A stretch of DNA of 64,000 nucleotides from Candidatus Saccharimonadales bacterium (GCA_041737385.1 JBGSRU010000005.1:64128-128127), one strand, 5' to 3'. Counted from the first letter of the stretch, positions 18,429 to 28,559 are shown. The notes: generated by a model from the sequence alone, not told the origin. Numbers and translations are program-made.

Positions 18429-20192
18429 ATGGAAGAAAAATTTAAAGAAGAAAACGAACAAACATCAGAAACCCCTGAAAAAGAGCTGGAAAATGTTGAA
18501 TTCACCAATGATGCAGATGTCGATGCAGTCGTTGATAGGATAGTGAATGAGGAAAGTGATGAGCTCCTAAAAGCTGAAGATGATGCTAGGCAAAGATTCG
18601 CACCTCCTGAAATGAAATCTTTGAAGTCAAAACTCAAAGGTTGGATAGTTGCGTGGTGGGATAATAAACATCTTCGGTATGGTACTTTTGCCGGAATTGC
18701 TTTGCTGTTTATCATATCGATTTTCATTCCTTTTACTCGCTACGCAATGCTAAATCTTGTCGGCGCACGAGTTAGCTCTAGTTTGACGGTACTAGACATC
18801 ACCACAGGACTTCCACTAGAAAATATACCGGTGCAACTTCAGGGTACAACTATGCGCACAGATGAAGATGGCTACGTGTCATTCACGAAACTAAAACAAG
18901 GTCCAACAACTGTTATGGTCGATAAGCGTGGGTATGCGTTATACGAAAATAAGGTCACACTCGGCTGGGGGAGTAATCGGTTAGATAATCAAGAAATTAC
19001 AGCAACTGGTGCTCGGTTTACCTTCACACTGCAAGATTGGGTAACAGAAAAGTCCTTAGAAAAAGGTGAAGCTTCAAGCGGTGAAGACATCGCGCAGACA
19101 AACGACGATGGTCAAGTGACAATCACTATTGGCGAGATTGAGGGCGACACAGAAGTTGTACTGAGCGCAGAGGGGTATCGAGACGAACGGTTGAGGTTGA
19201 ATGATATTAACTCAGAAGAACAAACAGTAAAAATGGTACCAGCAAAACAACATGTTTTTGTCAGTAATAGAGACGGTCAGTATGATTTGTATAAAATATA
19301 TGTGGATGGAAAAAACGAAGAAATCTTGTTAAAAGCCTCAGGCAAAGAACGCGAAGTTCCGTTTGTGCTACCTAGCCAAACGAAAAATATTGCCGCCTAC
19401 GTATCGTCACGTGATGGTGATATCAACAAAGACGGCTTTGTCTTGGATGGGCTATTTATCATTGACGTCATAAATGGTGATTCATTTAAAGTAACGCGTT
19501 CAGAACAACTACAAGTTATTGGTTGGTCAGGGGATAAGCTACTTTATGTTGCTGTTGTAGAGGGTGTTAGCGCTGGTAACTCTAACAGGAGCAAACTGTT
19601 TTCTTATGATGTTGAGACGAAAGAGCGCAAAGAAATTGCAAGCTCAAACTACTTTAACGACGTAAAGCTTGTTAACGACACAGTTTACTATGCGACATCA
19701 AGCTTTGCAGTCCCACAAAGTCAAGCAAAACTGTTCTCAATTAATGTCGACGGAGACGAAAAGAAAACAGTTGTAGATAGCCAAGTATGGAGTATCAAAC
19801 GTGAGAATTATGAAACTTTACTGTTCAATGCAGTTGATCAGCAATGGTTTCAACAAACACTTGAAATGAATGAAGTTAAAAAACTAGAACAACAGCCACC
19901 TAACCAAGCTAGTAGAATTTATAGTGTCTCGCCAAATGGAGAAAAAGCAGTCTGGGTTGATGTTCGTGACGGCAAAGGAGTTCTACTAAACTATGACATT
20001 GGATCAAAAAAAGAAGAGGTAAGATTGACGCAGTCAGGGCTCAACGATCCAGTGTACTGGCTCAATGATGAGTACATAGTGTTTCGTGTCGAAACTGGTC
20101 AAGAAACAGCGGACTATATACTGCACGTTAACGAGGGCGAGCCACGCAAAATAGCGGACGTTATTGGCAATCGTTCCCGTTACTTTTATTAG
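18429..20192 (+). CDS. membrane-anchored surface protein with carboxypeptidase-regulatory-like repeats and a TolB/PD40-like beta-propeller
   Basis: Acidic N-terminus, one TM, two Ig-like repeats (TDEDGYVSF, TNDDGQVTI), then SNRDGQYDLY-type propeller blades. Confidence 0.5.
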   Translation: MEEKFKEENEQTSETPEKELENVEFTNDADVDAVVDRIVNEESDELLKAEDDARQRFAPPEMKSLKSKLKGWIVAWWDNKHLRYGTFAGIALLFIISIFIPFTRYAMLNLVGARVSSSLTVLDITTGLPLENIPVQLQGTTMRTDEDGYVSFTKLKQGPTTVMVDKRGYALYENKVTLGWGSNRLDNQEITATGARFTFTLQDWVTEKSLEKGEASSGEDIAQTNDDGQVTITIGEIEGDTEVVLSAEGYRDERLRLNDINSEEQTVKMVPAKQHVFVSNRDGQYDLYKIYVDGKNEEILLKASGKEREVPFVLPSQTKNIAAYVSSRDGDINKDGFVLDGLFIIDVINGDSFKVTRSEQLQVIGWSGDKLLYVAVVEGVSAGNSNRSKLFSYDVETKERKEIASSNYFNDVKLVNDTVYYATSSFAVPQSQAKLFSINVDGDEKKTVVDSQVWSIKRENYETLLFNAVDQQWFQQTLEMNEVKKLEQQPPNQASRIYSVSPNGEKAVWVDVRDGKGVLLNYDIGSKKEEVRLTQSGLNDPVYWLNDEYIVFRVETGQETADYILHVNEGEPRKIADVIGNRSRYFY

Positions 20193-20220
20193 TCGTAAAG
20201 GATTGTATAATAGGCAGTAG

Positions 20221-21021
20221 ATGGAACAGCAATTCATTACTATTCTATGGCAGTTTTATGACAAAAACCAACGATTATTGCCGTGGCGACAAGCTGAAAA
20301 AGACGGACAGTACGATCCATACAAAATACTCGTATCAGAGATCATGTTACAGCAAACTCAAGTAGAGCGAGTAATACCAAAGTATGAAGCGTTTATAGTT
20401 CGTTTTCCAACAGTACGGTCGCTTGCTGAAGCACCACTCGCAGACGTACTCGAGCTTTGGACTGGGCTAGGTTATAACCGACGAGCTCGTTACCTACATG
20501 ATGCCGCCAAGTCGCTGAGAGATAGCCCGTTTCCGAGTGGTATAAATGCGCTTACAGACTTAAAGGGGGTTGGCTATAACACAGCTGCCGCCGTATTAAC
20601 TTATTCGTATAATCAGCCATACTCATTTATTGAAACGAATGTAAGAACAGTCTATTTGTGGCATTTTTTTAAGGACGCAACGGCTATTAGTGATAGTTTG
20701 CTACTAGAGAAAGTGGAAGCAACGATAGACAAGAAAAAGCCCAGAGAGTTCATGTGGGCGATCATGGATTATGGAACACATTTGAAGAAAACTGGTATTA
20801 AAAATATTAGTGATAGTAAACACTATAGAAAACAATCAATATTCAAGGGATCACTGCGAGAGTTAAGGGGTGAAGTTGTGCGGCTTGCTCAGAAAGAAAT
20901 GAGTTTAGTAGAAATACGTCGACTTGTTAATGATAATAGACTCGACGGCGTTATAAAATCACTTGAATCTGAAGGCCTCATTGAAACTCATTCTAGCGTT
21001 TTGCGCATCAGTACACGTTGA
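20221..21021 (+). CDS. MutY-like HhH-GPD adenine DNA glycosylase lacking the Fe-S cluster loop and the Nudix-like C-terminal domain
   Basis: LPWR..DPYKILVSEIMLQQTQVERVIPKYEAF, GLGYNRRARYLH, LKGVGYNTAAAV. There are no Cys residues where the C-x6-C-x2-C-x5-C cluster belongs. Confidence 0.75.
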   Translation: MEQQFITILWQFYDKNQRLLPWRQAEKDGQYDPYKILVSEIMLQQTQVERVIPKYEAFIVRFPTVRSLAEAPLADVLELWTGLGYNRRARYLHDAAKSLRDSPFPSGINALTDLKGVGYNTAAAVLTYSYNQPYSFIETNVRTVYLWHFFKDATAISDSLLLEKVEATIDKKKPREFMWAIMDYGTHLKKTGIKNISDSKHYRKQSIFKGSLRELRGEVVRLAQKEMSLVEIRRLVNDNRLDGVIKSLESEGLIETHSSVLRISTR

Positions 21022-21027
21022 TTTTAA

Positions 21028-21720
21028 ATGCTTATGCTACAATATCTCTATAGAATGAGGAAAAATATAGTGATGAAAATTAAAGTGGTATCTCTAATCG
21101 CATTTTTGAGTGTATTTGGAATCGTTATACCCGTAACAGCCCAAGAAGCAGTGGCTCCACTAAGTACTCCAGCCCAGCAACCTGAAGAGTCAGAGACTCG
21201 TGCACAGCGGCTTGAATCAATTAAACAAGCAAGAACAGAGAATCTAAACACGACACAACTAGCTCGCATAAAAACGCGCTGTAAATCTGCGCAAGCAAAA
21301 ACTGCTACAGTGCAGGCACGAATGGATGTAGTATTTTCTAATCGTCAGCTAGTGTATACCAAAATTACCACTCAAGTTAGTGAACTGGTTGCGAAATTAC
21401 AACAAGCAGGAATAACGACAACAACACTCGAAGCAACGCAGAAAGACATGTTGAGTGAGCTGGATACACTTATAAGTGCATTTGAAGAGCATAAAACTAC
21501 TTTAGGCGACATAGCTGAAATGGATTGCGAAGTTGATCCTAACCTATTTCAAGCAGCTCTTCTGACTGCACGTGACCAGAAATCAGCAATTCGAACGCAG
21601 GCTGCAGCTTTTCGTGATTTTGTATCGACAAATCTAAAAACAGAACTCCAGAATGTTCGTGCACAATATCCTGAGACGACAAGCACAAAAGTAACCCCAA
21701 AAACTGAAGGAGAACAATAG
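21028..21720 (+). CDS. secreted alpha-helical/coiled-coil protein (start uncertain, possibly 21073)
   Basis: Signal-peptide-like MKIKVVSLIAFLSVFGIVIPVTAQE. No recognised domain. Confidence 0.5.
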   Translation: MLMLQYLYRMRKNIVMKIKVVSLIAFLSVFGIVIPVTAQEAVAPLSTPAQQPEESETRAQRLESIKQARTENLNTTQLARIKTRCKSAQAKTATVQARMDVVFSNRQLVYTKITTQVSELVAKLQQAGITTTTLEATQKDMLSELDTLISAFEEHKTTLGDIAEMDCEVDPNLFQAALLTARDQKSAIRTQAAAFRDFVSTNLKTELQNVRAQYPETTSTKVTPKTEGEQ

Positions 21721-21722
21721 CG

Positions 21723-22469
21723 ATGGACGAGCCAAAACAACCAGTAGATAATCCAGAAGATATGGTCATCGGAACTGACGGAGTTTTGAATGACACCGCA
21801 TCGAATGAGAATCAGGCTGCAGTACAGACAGAAGTAAGTCCTCAAATTAATGAAGTTACTCCGCCACCAGCTCCTGAGATTTCTACACCAGAAGAACAGA
21901 CAATCGAAGTGAAGGTTGCGCCTCAAGAAGAAGTCGAGACGGAGTCTCATGATAAAGAGACAGAGAACCTTGCTCCCGTAGCGTCCGCACCTGCCGAAGA
22001 AAAAGATAGTTCTTCTGCTGCACCTGAAGCAGTACCGCCAGCTCAAGTTGAAAATCCTGGTGAGCCTGTAGTATCAGCACCTAATGACTCTGTTATGCCG
22101 CAGATACATACTGACAACAATGAACAGTCCGCTGCGCCTGCAGTTATGGGTGTTGCAGCCTCACAAATGAACAATAAGCACCCACATAGAAATAATAAAA
22201 AGCTAGCAGCAGTAGTTACTGTTATTGTTGCTGCTTTGCTTGCAGGTATAGTTATATTTGTTTATTTACGAGCAGACAGTAATACGGCAAACCAACCAAC
22301 ACCCGTCGCGTCACCCCGCCCCGACGAACCTGAAGCAAATTCAGTAGACGCTGCGACTGCAGATGATGTCGATCAAACAATCAAAAACAATGATGCTGCA
22401 TTGAACGGTCTGGATGAATCAGCAGATTTTACTGATGAAGATCTATCCGATAGCACGCTCGGACTATAA
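21723..22469 (+). CDS. Pro/Glu-rich low-complexity protein with one TM helix
   Basis: Long ORF 2 nt after the previous gene. TM segment LAAVVTVIVAALLAGIVIFVYL. Confidence 0.45.
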   Translation: MDEPKQPVDNPEDMVIGTDGVLNDTASNENQAAVQTEVSPQINEVTPPPAPEISTPEEQTIEVKVAPQEEVETESHDKETENLAPVASAPAEEKDSSSAAPEAVPPAQVENPGEPVVSAPNDSVMPQIHTDNNEQSAAPAVMGVAASQMNNKHPHRNNKKLAAVVTVIVAALLAGIVIFVYLRADSNTANQPTPVASPRPDEPEANSVDAATADDVDQTIKNNDAALNGLDESADFTDEDLSDSTLGL

Positions 22470-22477
22470 AGAATAAA

Positions 22478-23332
22478 CTAACTTTTCTTTTTACTTGGAG
22501 GTACAGAATGTACAACTCTCTGAGGAAATGGTATTTCGATGCCGTTCTTATCAAAAGCTATTTTTAACCGTTTACGAAGTTCGCCAGTAACTTTCCATTG
22601 TTTCATTGGTGCTGTTTTACCGGTGATTTTAATTTCAATTGCTGAATCACCGAAGTCATTAACTCGTAGGAATGTTGGTGGTTCAAAAATAAATTCTTGC
22701 CATTCAGGATCTTCACTCAGCGCTTCACCTACAGCGTTAACGAGCTTTTCGAGCTTATTTAGATCGGTATCGTAGCCCACACCGACATCAAGGTTCACGT
22801 TCGCGAACTCCATCGTCATATTCGTTGCGATCTCAATTTGGCCGTTTGGTACATGGTGTACCATGCCATCTAAGTCCCTAAGCACCGTTGAACGGAGTGT
22901 TACTTGTTCTACGAGCCCAGATACTGTTTGATTTATCTCGATAACATCCCCAACTCTATACTGGTTTTCAATTAATATGAATAATCCAGCAAGATAGTCT
23001 TTTACCATTGATTGCGCACCAAATCCAAGCGCTACACCTGCGATACCAGCTCCTGCAAGTAGTGGTGCGATATCAATACCTACTTCAGCGAGCAGCAGTA
23101 GGCCAGTGATAATCCATATTGAAACTCGAACACCAGCTCCAACAGTGCTTACGAGGGTATCTTCGCGTTGTTTTTCGTCTTGGATAGTTTTGAACGATTC
23201 TGGTCGAACTGCTTTATGGACAAGTTGACGCACGAATATCATCGTGAACCGACGTAATAAATAAGCGGTCCCAAGAATTATGAATATATTAAACGAATGT
23301 ACTTTAAAAAAGTCTATAATGGTTTCTATCAT
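22478..23332 (-). CDS. small-conductance mechanosensitive channel (MscS family)
   Basis: Three TM helices, GAQSMVKDYLAGLFILIENQYRVGD pore/beta-domain signature. Confidence 0.85.
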   Translation of the reverse strand: MIETIIDFFKVHSFNIFIILGTAYLLRRFTMIFVRQLVHKAVRPESFKTIQDEKQREDTLVSTVGAGVRVSIWIITGLLLLAEVGIDIAPLLAGAGIAGVALGFGAQSMVKDYLAGLFILIENQYRVGDVIEINQTVSGLVEQVTLRSTVLRDLDGMVHHVPNGQIEIATNMTMEFANVNLDVGVGYDTDLNKLEKLVNAVGEALSEDPEWQEFIFEPPTFLRVNDFGDSAIEIKITGKTAPMKQWKVTGELRKRLKIAFDKNGIEIPFPQRVVHSVPPSKKKS

Positions 23333-23380
23333 AGTGTTAAGTATAACGGCTAACGTACCGATTGTGAAAGGTGATAACAG

Positions 23381-23722
23381 ATGACATTCAATGACTATCA
23401 GAAAGCAGCCATAAAGACCGATGTTTTTGAGGGCGATAAAAGTGTAGGTTCGCTAGCGTTCATTGCAAAACTATTAGGGTTAGTTGGTGAAACTGGCGAA
23501 GTTGCAGAAAAATTTAAAAAAATCTATCGAGATAACGAAGGACACATTACTCTAGAGCAGACCGATGAAATGAAAAAAGAGCTTGGTGATATCCTATGGT
23601 ACTTGTCAACACTCGCCGACTATCTCGGTATAGAGTTGGAAGAAATCGCTACGTTAAATATTGAAAAACTTGCAAGCCGCAAAACTCGTGGTGTACTAAA
23701 AGGTTCAGGAGATAATCGATGA
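23381..23722 (+). CDS. MazG-like nucleotide pyrophosphohydrolase
   Basis: LGLVGETGEVAEKFKK and ELGDILWYL four-helix MazG motifs. Confidence 0.8.
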   Translation: MTFNDYQKAAIKTDVFEGDKSVGSLAFIAKLLGLVGETGEVAEKFKKIYRDNEGHITLEQTDEMKKELGDILWYLSTLADYLGIELEEIATLNIEKLASRKTRGVLKGSGDNR

Positions 23723-24189
23723 AATATGACACACAGCGACCATATGCGGCGTCATACGCAATCATTCGAAACAACGAAGGCTTCATTGCGTTTGTGTTGC
23801 GTAGCAATACAAGTTGGATGAACGGTTTTTATAGTCTACCAGCTGGCAAGACAGAGGTTGCAGAGACTTTTATCGCAGGAGCAATTAGAGAAGCAAGTGA
23901 AGAGGTCGGAGTGACAGTTGCCGCAGAAGATATGACACACGTACTGACTGTCCACCGCTATTCCTCTGCTGCAAGCGAAAAAGATGGAGAATTTATGGAG
24001 TGGATTGATGTCTATTTTGAGGTACATAAATACGCAGGCGACATTTACAATGCAGAGCCACACATGCACAGTGAAGTTGCATGGCTTGATCCTAATAATT
24101 TACCTGACAACGTTATACCGGCAGTTTTAGCGAGCATAAAAGCACTGGAGGAAGGGAAGCGGTTTTTTGAGTATGGCTATGACAAATAA
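23719..24189 (+). CDS. NUDIX hydrolase
   Basis: Nudix box GKTEVAETFIAGAIREASEEVGV. ATGA overlap with the MazG-like gene. Confidence 0.8.
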   Translation: MKYDTQRPYAASYAIIRNNEGFIAFVLRSNTSWMNGFYSLPAGKTEVAETFIAGAIREASEEVGVTVAAEDMTHVLTVHRYSSAASEKDGEFMEWIDVYFEVHKYAGDIYNAEPHMHSEVAWLDPNNLPDNVIPAVLASIKALEEGKRFFEYGYDK

Positions 24190-24439
24190 CTGGAAAGAGG
24201 TTGATTACTACCCTGATGCACGGACACAAAAAGCACTCATCAAGGACTTTATTTTTAAGGATTTTTCGGAAGGACTTGAGTTCACGAATAAAGTTGGTGA
24301 GCTAGCAGAAAAAGCCAATCACCATCCTGACATAAATCTTACTTGGGGATTTGTTCGAGTGTGGCTAACGACACATAGCAGTCATTCTATAACTGAAAAA
24401 GATCATGATCTCGCAAAAGCTATAGATAAACTAGTTTAG
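24167..24439 (+). CDS. pterin-4a-carbinolamine dehydratase (PCD/DCoH)
   Basis: ANHHPDI...THS signature; about 90 aa. Confidence 0.8.
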   Translation: MSMAMTNNWKEVDYYPDARTQKALIKDFIFKDFSEGLEFTNKVGELAEKANHHPDINLTWGFVRVWLTTHSSHSITEKDHDLAKAIDKLV

Positions 24440-25692
24440 AAAGTTTTTCGAAGCCACTCATCTAAACTACCACCACCGCCCGCGGTGAGGCAGAGGACTA
24501 GATCAGCGTCTTCTATATGCTTCTTCATAGCACTTTTCAATAAGTCATTTAACTCTGCTGGTTCTCTGTGGTTCGGTACTTGCATGAGTCTGCACAGTTT
24601 TTGCGGGGTTAATAACTCGAGACTTTCGTCTTCACGTGCAAGATAACTTGGCACGATATACAGTTTTTTAACTCCTTTAAATAAGCTTTTTAGTTCATCC
24701 TTGATAAAATGCTGGCGCGTGTTATGAAGGCCTTCATAGACAACAACAACGTTATCACCAGCAACTTCATGTGCAATCTGTAAGGCGCCTTGAATTTTCT
24801 CAACTGTATGCGCGTAATCGCTGTAAATATTTTCACTGATTTTTTCAAATCTTCGTGATACTCCAGGAAAGTTGTTCACAATTGTAATGCACTTATCTAA
24901 TGGCACTTTGAATAGGACGGAGACGGTTTCTACAACGAGCTGTGCGTTTTTACGATTCACATCACCTATAAGTGTAAATTTATCTCTTGCGACTCCACCT
25001 TCACCCTCAAGGTTAACTTTCGCGAGATCCTCATTGTGTCCAAATACTTCACCACTACTATAGATAAAGTCTTCAAAAGCATCAATATAGCTTTCCTCCG
25101 TAGGATAGATGTCAGGGTGGTCATAGGCAATACCCGTTATAACAGCAACTTCAGGCTCGAAAGATAAAAAGTTACGGTCATATTCATCGGCTTCGTATAT
25201 AAAGTATTCTGCTTTTGGATTAAACTCGCCCATTTCACCGAACGATAGCTTTCCTCCAACTGAATAACTAATAGGAATTTCTAGTTGCTTTAAAAGCCAT
25301 ATAAACATAGAGGTTGTCGTTGTTTTACCGTGGGTACCTGCAACCGCAATCATTTTTTGGCCACTGTCTTCAAGCAGTTTGTTTATGAAGTCGTCTCGCT
25401 TCGATGTCCGAATACCTAATTTTGTAGCAGCTGTTATCTCGGGATGATTTGGGTTTTCTCTTACAAGTGCAGACGAGTAAACGAGCCAATCGATCGGCTT
25501 CTTTTCATGTAACGTTTTAAGTTCAGCACCAGACTGCCCAATATGAATTTGCGTAATCCCTTGTTTTTTGAGGTATGAAATATAATTACTGTCTTGTTTG
25601 TCTGAGCCAGACACGTCGTAGCCTGCTTGACTCGCAATAAGCGCTAACGGACCAATAGCGGTGCCGCCAATACCTGAGAAATATATGTGCAT
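24436..25692 (-). CDS. Mur ligase family protein (MurC/Mpl-like)
   Basis: IYFSGIGGTAIGPLA N-terminal Rossmann motif and AVAGTHGKTTTTSM P-loop. The likely start is the internal Met at 25692 of ORF 24436..25743. Not located in a dcw cluster. Confidence 0.75.
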   Translation of the reverse strand: MHIYFSGIGGTAIGPLALIASQAGYDVSGSDKQDSNYISYLKKQGITQIHIGQSGAELKTLHEKKPIDWLVYSSALVRENPNHPEITAATKLGIRTSKRDDFINKLLEDSGQKMIAVAGTHGKTTTTSMFIWLLKQLEIPISYSVGGKLSFGEMGEFNPKAEYFIYEADEYDRNFLSFEPEVAVITGIAYDHPDIYPTEESYIDAFEDFIYSSGEVFGHNEDLAKVNLEGEGGVARDKFTLIGDVNRKNAQLVVETVSVLFKVPLDKCITIVNNFPGVSRRFEKISENIYSDYAHTVEKIQGALQIAHEVAGDNVVVVYEGLHNTRQHFIKDELKSLFKGVKKLYIVPSYLAREDESLELLTPQKLCRLMQVPNHREPAELNDLLKSAMKKHIEDADLVLCLTAGGGGSLDEWLRKTF

Positions 25693-25745
25693 ATATCTAA
25701 GTATACAGATATTTGGTATAGTTGAGATGTCTAAAAAAAACAAAA

Positions 25746-26954
25746 ATGTTTAAAAAATTCCTACATTCATTCGCACGACGACGTCATCCTTGGCGCGCTA
25801 TGCAATTTGACGAGCTTGCAGAAATTTATACAAGTATGAGCTTGCGTAGCTTTGGCTTCGGAATTATTGGCATTTTTGTTCCAATCTATTTGTACAAGAA
25901 TGGCATCGATTTACAGGGAGTTTTTTGGTTTTTGTCATGGGTATTTTTACTTCGTATCCCCGTTGCTTATGTTTCAGCATTTGTTATTGGTCGGATAGGC
26001 CCGAAGCACTCAATTGCGCTTAGCACAGTACTATTTATTCTATTCCTTAGTTTGCTACTTACCTTCACGGCTGTGGGGTGGCCACTTATTTTTCTTGCAC
26101 TTATGTTTACTGTCTCCAACGGGTTGTTTTTTATCGCTTATGATACGGATTTTTCAAAAGTAAAAAACAGTGAACATGGTGGTAAAGAGCTTGGCTGGTT
26201 GTTGATTTTTGAAAAAGGGGGCAGTGCAATTGGTCCGTTCGTTGGTGGTGTGTTTGCCTCGGTTTTTGCACCTGAACTTACTATCGTATTTGCAATAACT
26301 GTTTTAATTATTTCCTTGATTCCTCTTTTTTTGACAAACGAACCTGTAAAACTACACCAGCACATCAGCTTCAGAGGTTTTAAGTGGCGTAATCATGTGC
26401 GTGAAGGGCTTGTTATGAGCTCACTTGGCATCGATAAAGCTGCCAGTCTCATGACGTGGCCACTCTTTATCGCAGCTGCAATTTTAACAGAAGATACCTA
26501 CGTGAAACTAGGAAGTATTATTGCTGTATCAGTAGGGTTGTCTCTGTTTAGTGCCCGAATGTTTGGATCATTCATCGATAGTAAAAAAGGAGCTAATTTA
26601 CTAAAATATAGTGCGGTTATGAACGCGTTCTTATATATGGTTCGACCTTTTGTTGGTTCAGTAGGGAGCGTCTTAGTGGTGACTACAGTCAATGAGCCAG
26701 TGATGCTGGGCTACCGTATGCCTGTGATTAAAGGGTTGTTTGATGTCGCTGATTCAGAAAAGGGTTATAGAATCGTCTACCTTGCTTGGATAGAAATGGC
26801 AGGGGCCGCCGGTAAACTACTGTATTGCACTGCAGTCTATCTGTTATGTTTTCTGTATAACGATATAGCTGTGCTGCGGTGGAGCTTCATGCCTCTTTCT
26901 TTAGTCGCGCTCGTTGTGCTTGTCCAAAGATTCCCTGCACTTAAAAAGACTTAA
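25746..26954 (+). CDS. MFS-type transporter
   Basis: About 12 predicted TM helices in a 6+6 layout. The likely start is ATG 25746 within ORF 25722..26954. Confidence 0.55.
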   Translation: MFKKFLHSFARRRHPWRAMQFDELAEIYTSMSLRSFGFGIIGIFVPIYLYKNGIDLQGVFWFLSWVFLLRIPVAYVSAFVIGRIGPKHSIALSTVLFILFLSLLLTFTAVGWPLIFLALMFTVSNGLFFIAYDTDFSKVKNSEHGGKELGWLLIFEKGGSAIGPFVGGVFASVFAPELTIVFAITVLIISLIPLFLTNEPVKLHQHISFRGFKWRNHVREGLVMSSLGIDKAASLMTWPLFIAAAILTEDTYVKLGSIIAVSVGLSLFSARMFGSFIDSKKGANLLKYSAVMNAFLYMVRPFVGSVGSVLVVTTVNEPVMLGYRMPVIKGLFDVADSEKGYRIVYLAWIEMAGAAGKLLYCTAVYLLCFLYNDIAVLRWSFMPLSLVALVVLVQRFPALKKT

Positions 26955-26972
26955 GCGCTATAATAGGGTTAT

Positions 26973-27575
26973 ATGAGCAAAAACCACCGTTCGGACCAGC
27001 GATCGTTAATTAAAATAGGCGTTTTAAGCGGCCTGACAGTATCTGCAGGCGGTTTGTTTGTCATAGGTATGATACAGAACGGCAATGGAGCAGTAGAGCG
27101 GTTCAATACACTCTCTGCTGTTGATAAAGCCGGCGGTGATGTTGACGGCGCGCTAAATGATCTTCGAACTTATATTTATTCACATATGAATACAGAAATA
27201 GGCGGTCCAAACGGTATATATCCCCCTATACAACTAAGTGGAACATACGACCGGCTAGTGAGCGCAGAAGAGCTTAGAGTAAATAGTATTAATGCTGAGC
27301 TGAACACTAAAGCGAAAGATTTTTGTGAAGCAAATGGCCCTTCTGGCTTTTCAGGTGGCAATAGAATAGAGTGCGTCCAGAATTATATTGATCAAAACGG
27401 CGCTAAAGCACAGACAATTAATGAATCTCTATACAAATATGATTTTGTCGCCCCAAGATGGTCACCAGATCTCGCTGGATTTAGTCTGTTGTTCTTTTTT
27501 ATCTTTTTGCTGGCACTTATCGCTCATATCATTTCCTACGTTCGCACTAAACAGCTCGTCCACCTCGCTAACTAA
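26973..27575 (+). CDS. hypothetical membrane protein (N- and C-terminal TM helices)
   Basis: ORF with good spacing. No motif recognised. Confidence 0.45.
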   Translation: MSKNHRSDQRSLIKIGVLSGLTVSAGGLFVIGMIQNGNGAVERFNTLSAVDKAGGDVDGALNDLRTYIYSHMNTEIGGPNGIYPPIQLSGTYDRLVSAEELRVNSINAELNTKAKDFCEANGPSGFSGGNRIECVQNYIDQNGAKAQTINESLYKYDFVAPRWSPDLAGFSLLFFFIFLLALIAHIISYVRTKQLVHLAN

Positions 27576-27625
27576 CAAGGACTTGATAATTAGAGCAAAA
27601 TAGTAATTAATTTAAAGCAAAAATT

Positions 27626-27654
27626 AAAACCGCTTCAGCTGCTGAAGCGGTTTT
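27626..27654. terminator. bidirectional intrinsic terminator
   Basis: AAAACCGCTTCAGC / GCTGAAGCGGTTTT palindrome between convergent genes. Confidence 0.65.
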
Positions 27655-27676
27655 AATGTAGATTTTAGGTTTTATA

Positions 27677-28366
27677 TTATGGTGTTGATGGAGTAGTTGC
27701 GTCTTCTTCGTTTCCGTTTGCTGCGTTAGTCGGCGTATCGTTTCTTTGTGGCGTGCCAGCAGGCTGTGTAGCACTGTTGTTGTTCGCCGGCTGCTGTGTT
27801 GTTGGCGTTTGCTCACCAGTTGCTTTGAACTCGGTAATTGCCGTGACAACTTGGCCATCATTTTTTAGGTTTTCCCAGTAGAGAACTTTGTCTCGAGAGA
27901 TGTACATAGTATCTTCTGGACCATGAAGCTCATTCCCAAGCTTTGCGAGACTAATATTAGGCTGTTGCTGTTGGTTTGCACCTTCAGGCTGAATTGGGTT
28001 TTCTACTCGAACATAATAAATATCTTGTAGCACATATAGATCTTTATTGAATACAGCTAGTTTACCAAAATAAACTTGCCCGTCTTGACTGTTTAAAAAT
28101 ACTGCTTGGTATTTACCAGTATCAATAAGAGCAGACTCTTTATTCCCGGTGTCTGTTTTACCACCAAATACTAGAGCGACAAGCATGACTACTGCGAGCA
28201 GTGCGACGCCGAACAATAATAGTTCAGAGCTAATCTTTCCAAACGTAAATTTCTTTTTCTTTTCAATCTTTGGAGTTGGCATATTTCCCATGCTGTTATC
28301 ACTGCCCGATTGCGGAGCAGGTTGTTGCTGTTGCATCGGGCGATTACCTCTATTGGCAAAGTCCAT
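27677..28366 (-). CDS. hypothetical membrane-anchored protein with Gln/Pro-rich termini
   Basis: One TM helix (LLLFGVALLAVVMLVALVFGG). No recognised domain. Confidence 0.5.
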   Translation of the reverse strand: MDFANRGNRPMQQQQPAPQSGSDNSMGNMPTPKIEKKKKFTFGKISSELLLFGVALLAVVMLVALVFGGKTDTGNKESALIDTGKYQAVFLNSQDGQVYFGKLAVFNKDLYVLQDIYYVRVENPIQPEGANQQQQPNISLAKLGNELHGPEDTMYISRDKVLYWENLKNDGQVVTAITEFKATGEQTPTTQQPANNNSATQPAGTPQRNDTPTNAANGNEEDATTPSTP

Positions 28367-28486
28367 GGACGTCCCACCTAACCTTTCGTTAAACTATTAA
28401 TATGATTGTAAGTGTAATGCATAAGCATCATGAAAGGCAATAGTCAAAATGTATATTTTTCAGGGATTATAAATTATTGAAAAGGG

Positions 28487-28516
28487 TTGACAAGTGTTGA
28501 GAGGAGGGAGTATGGT
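28487..28516 (+). promoter_or_regulatory. candidate promoter TTGACA-18 nt-TATGGT
   Basis: TTGACA at 28487-28492 and TATGGT at 28511-28516, upstream of the 67-aa ORF. Confidence 0.3.
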
Positions 28517-28559
28517 GGAATCACTAACTAATGTTAAGAGAGGAAAGGTGTAAAACTTT

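Noticed and set aside
21549-22046. 165-aa minus-strand ORF rich in Arg/Cys/Phe/Trp
   Set aside because: It is antisense to two consecutive + strand genes, has low-complexity composition, and has no start context. It looks like a frame shadow of the Pro/Glu-rich gene.
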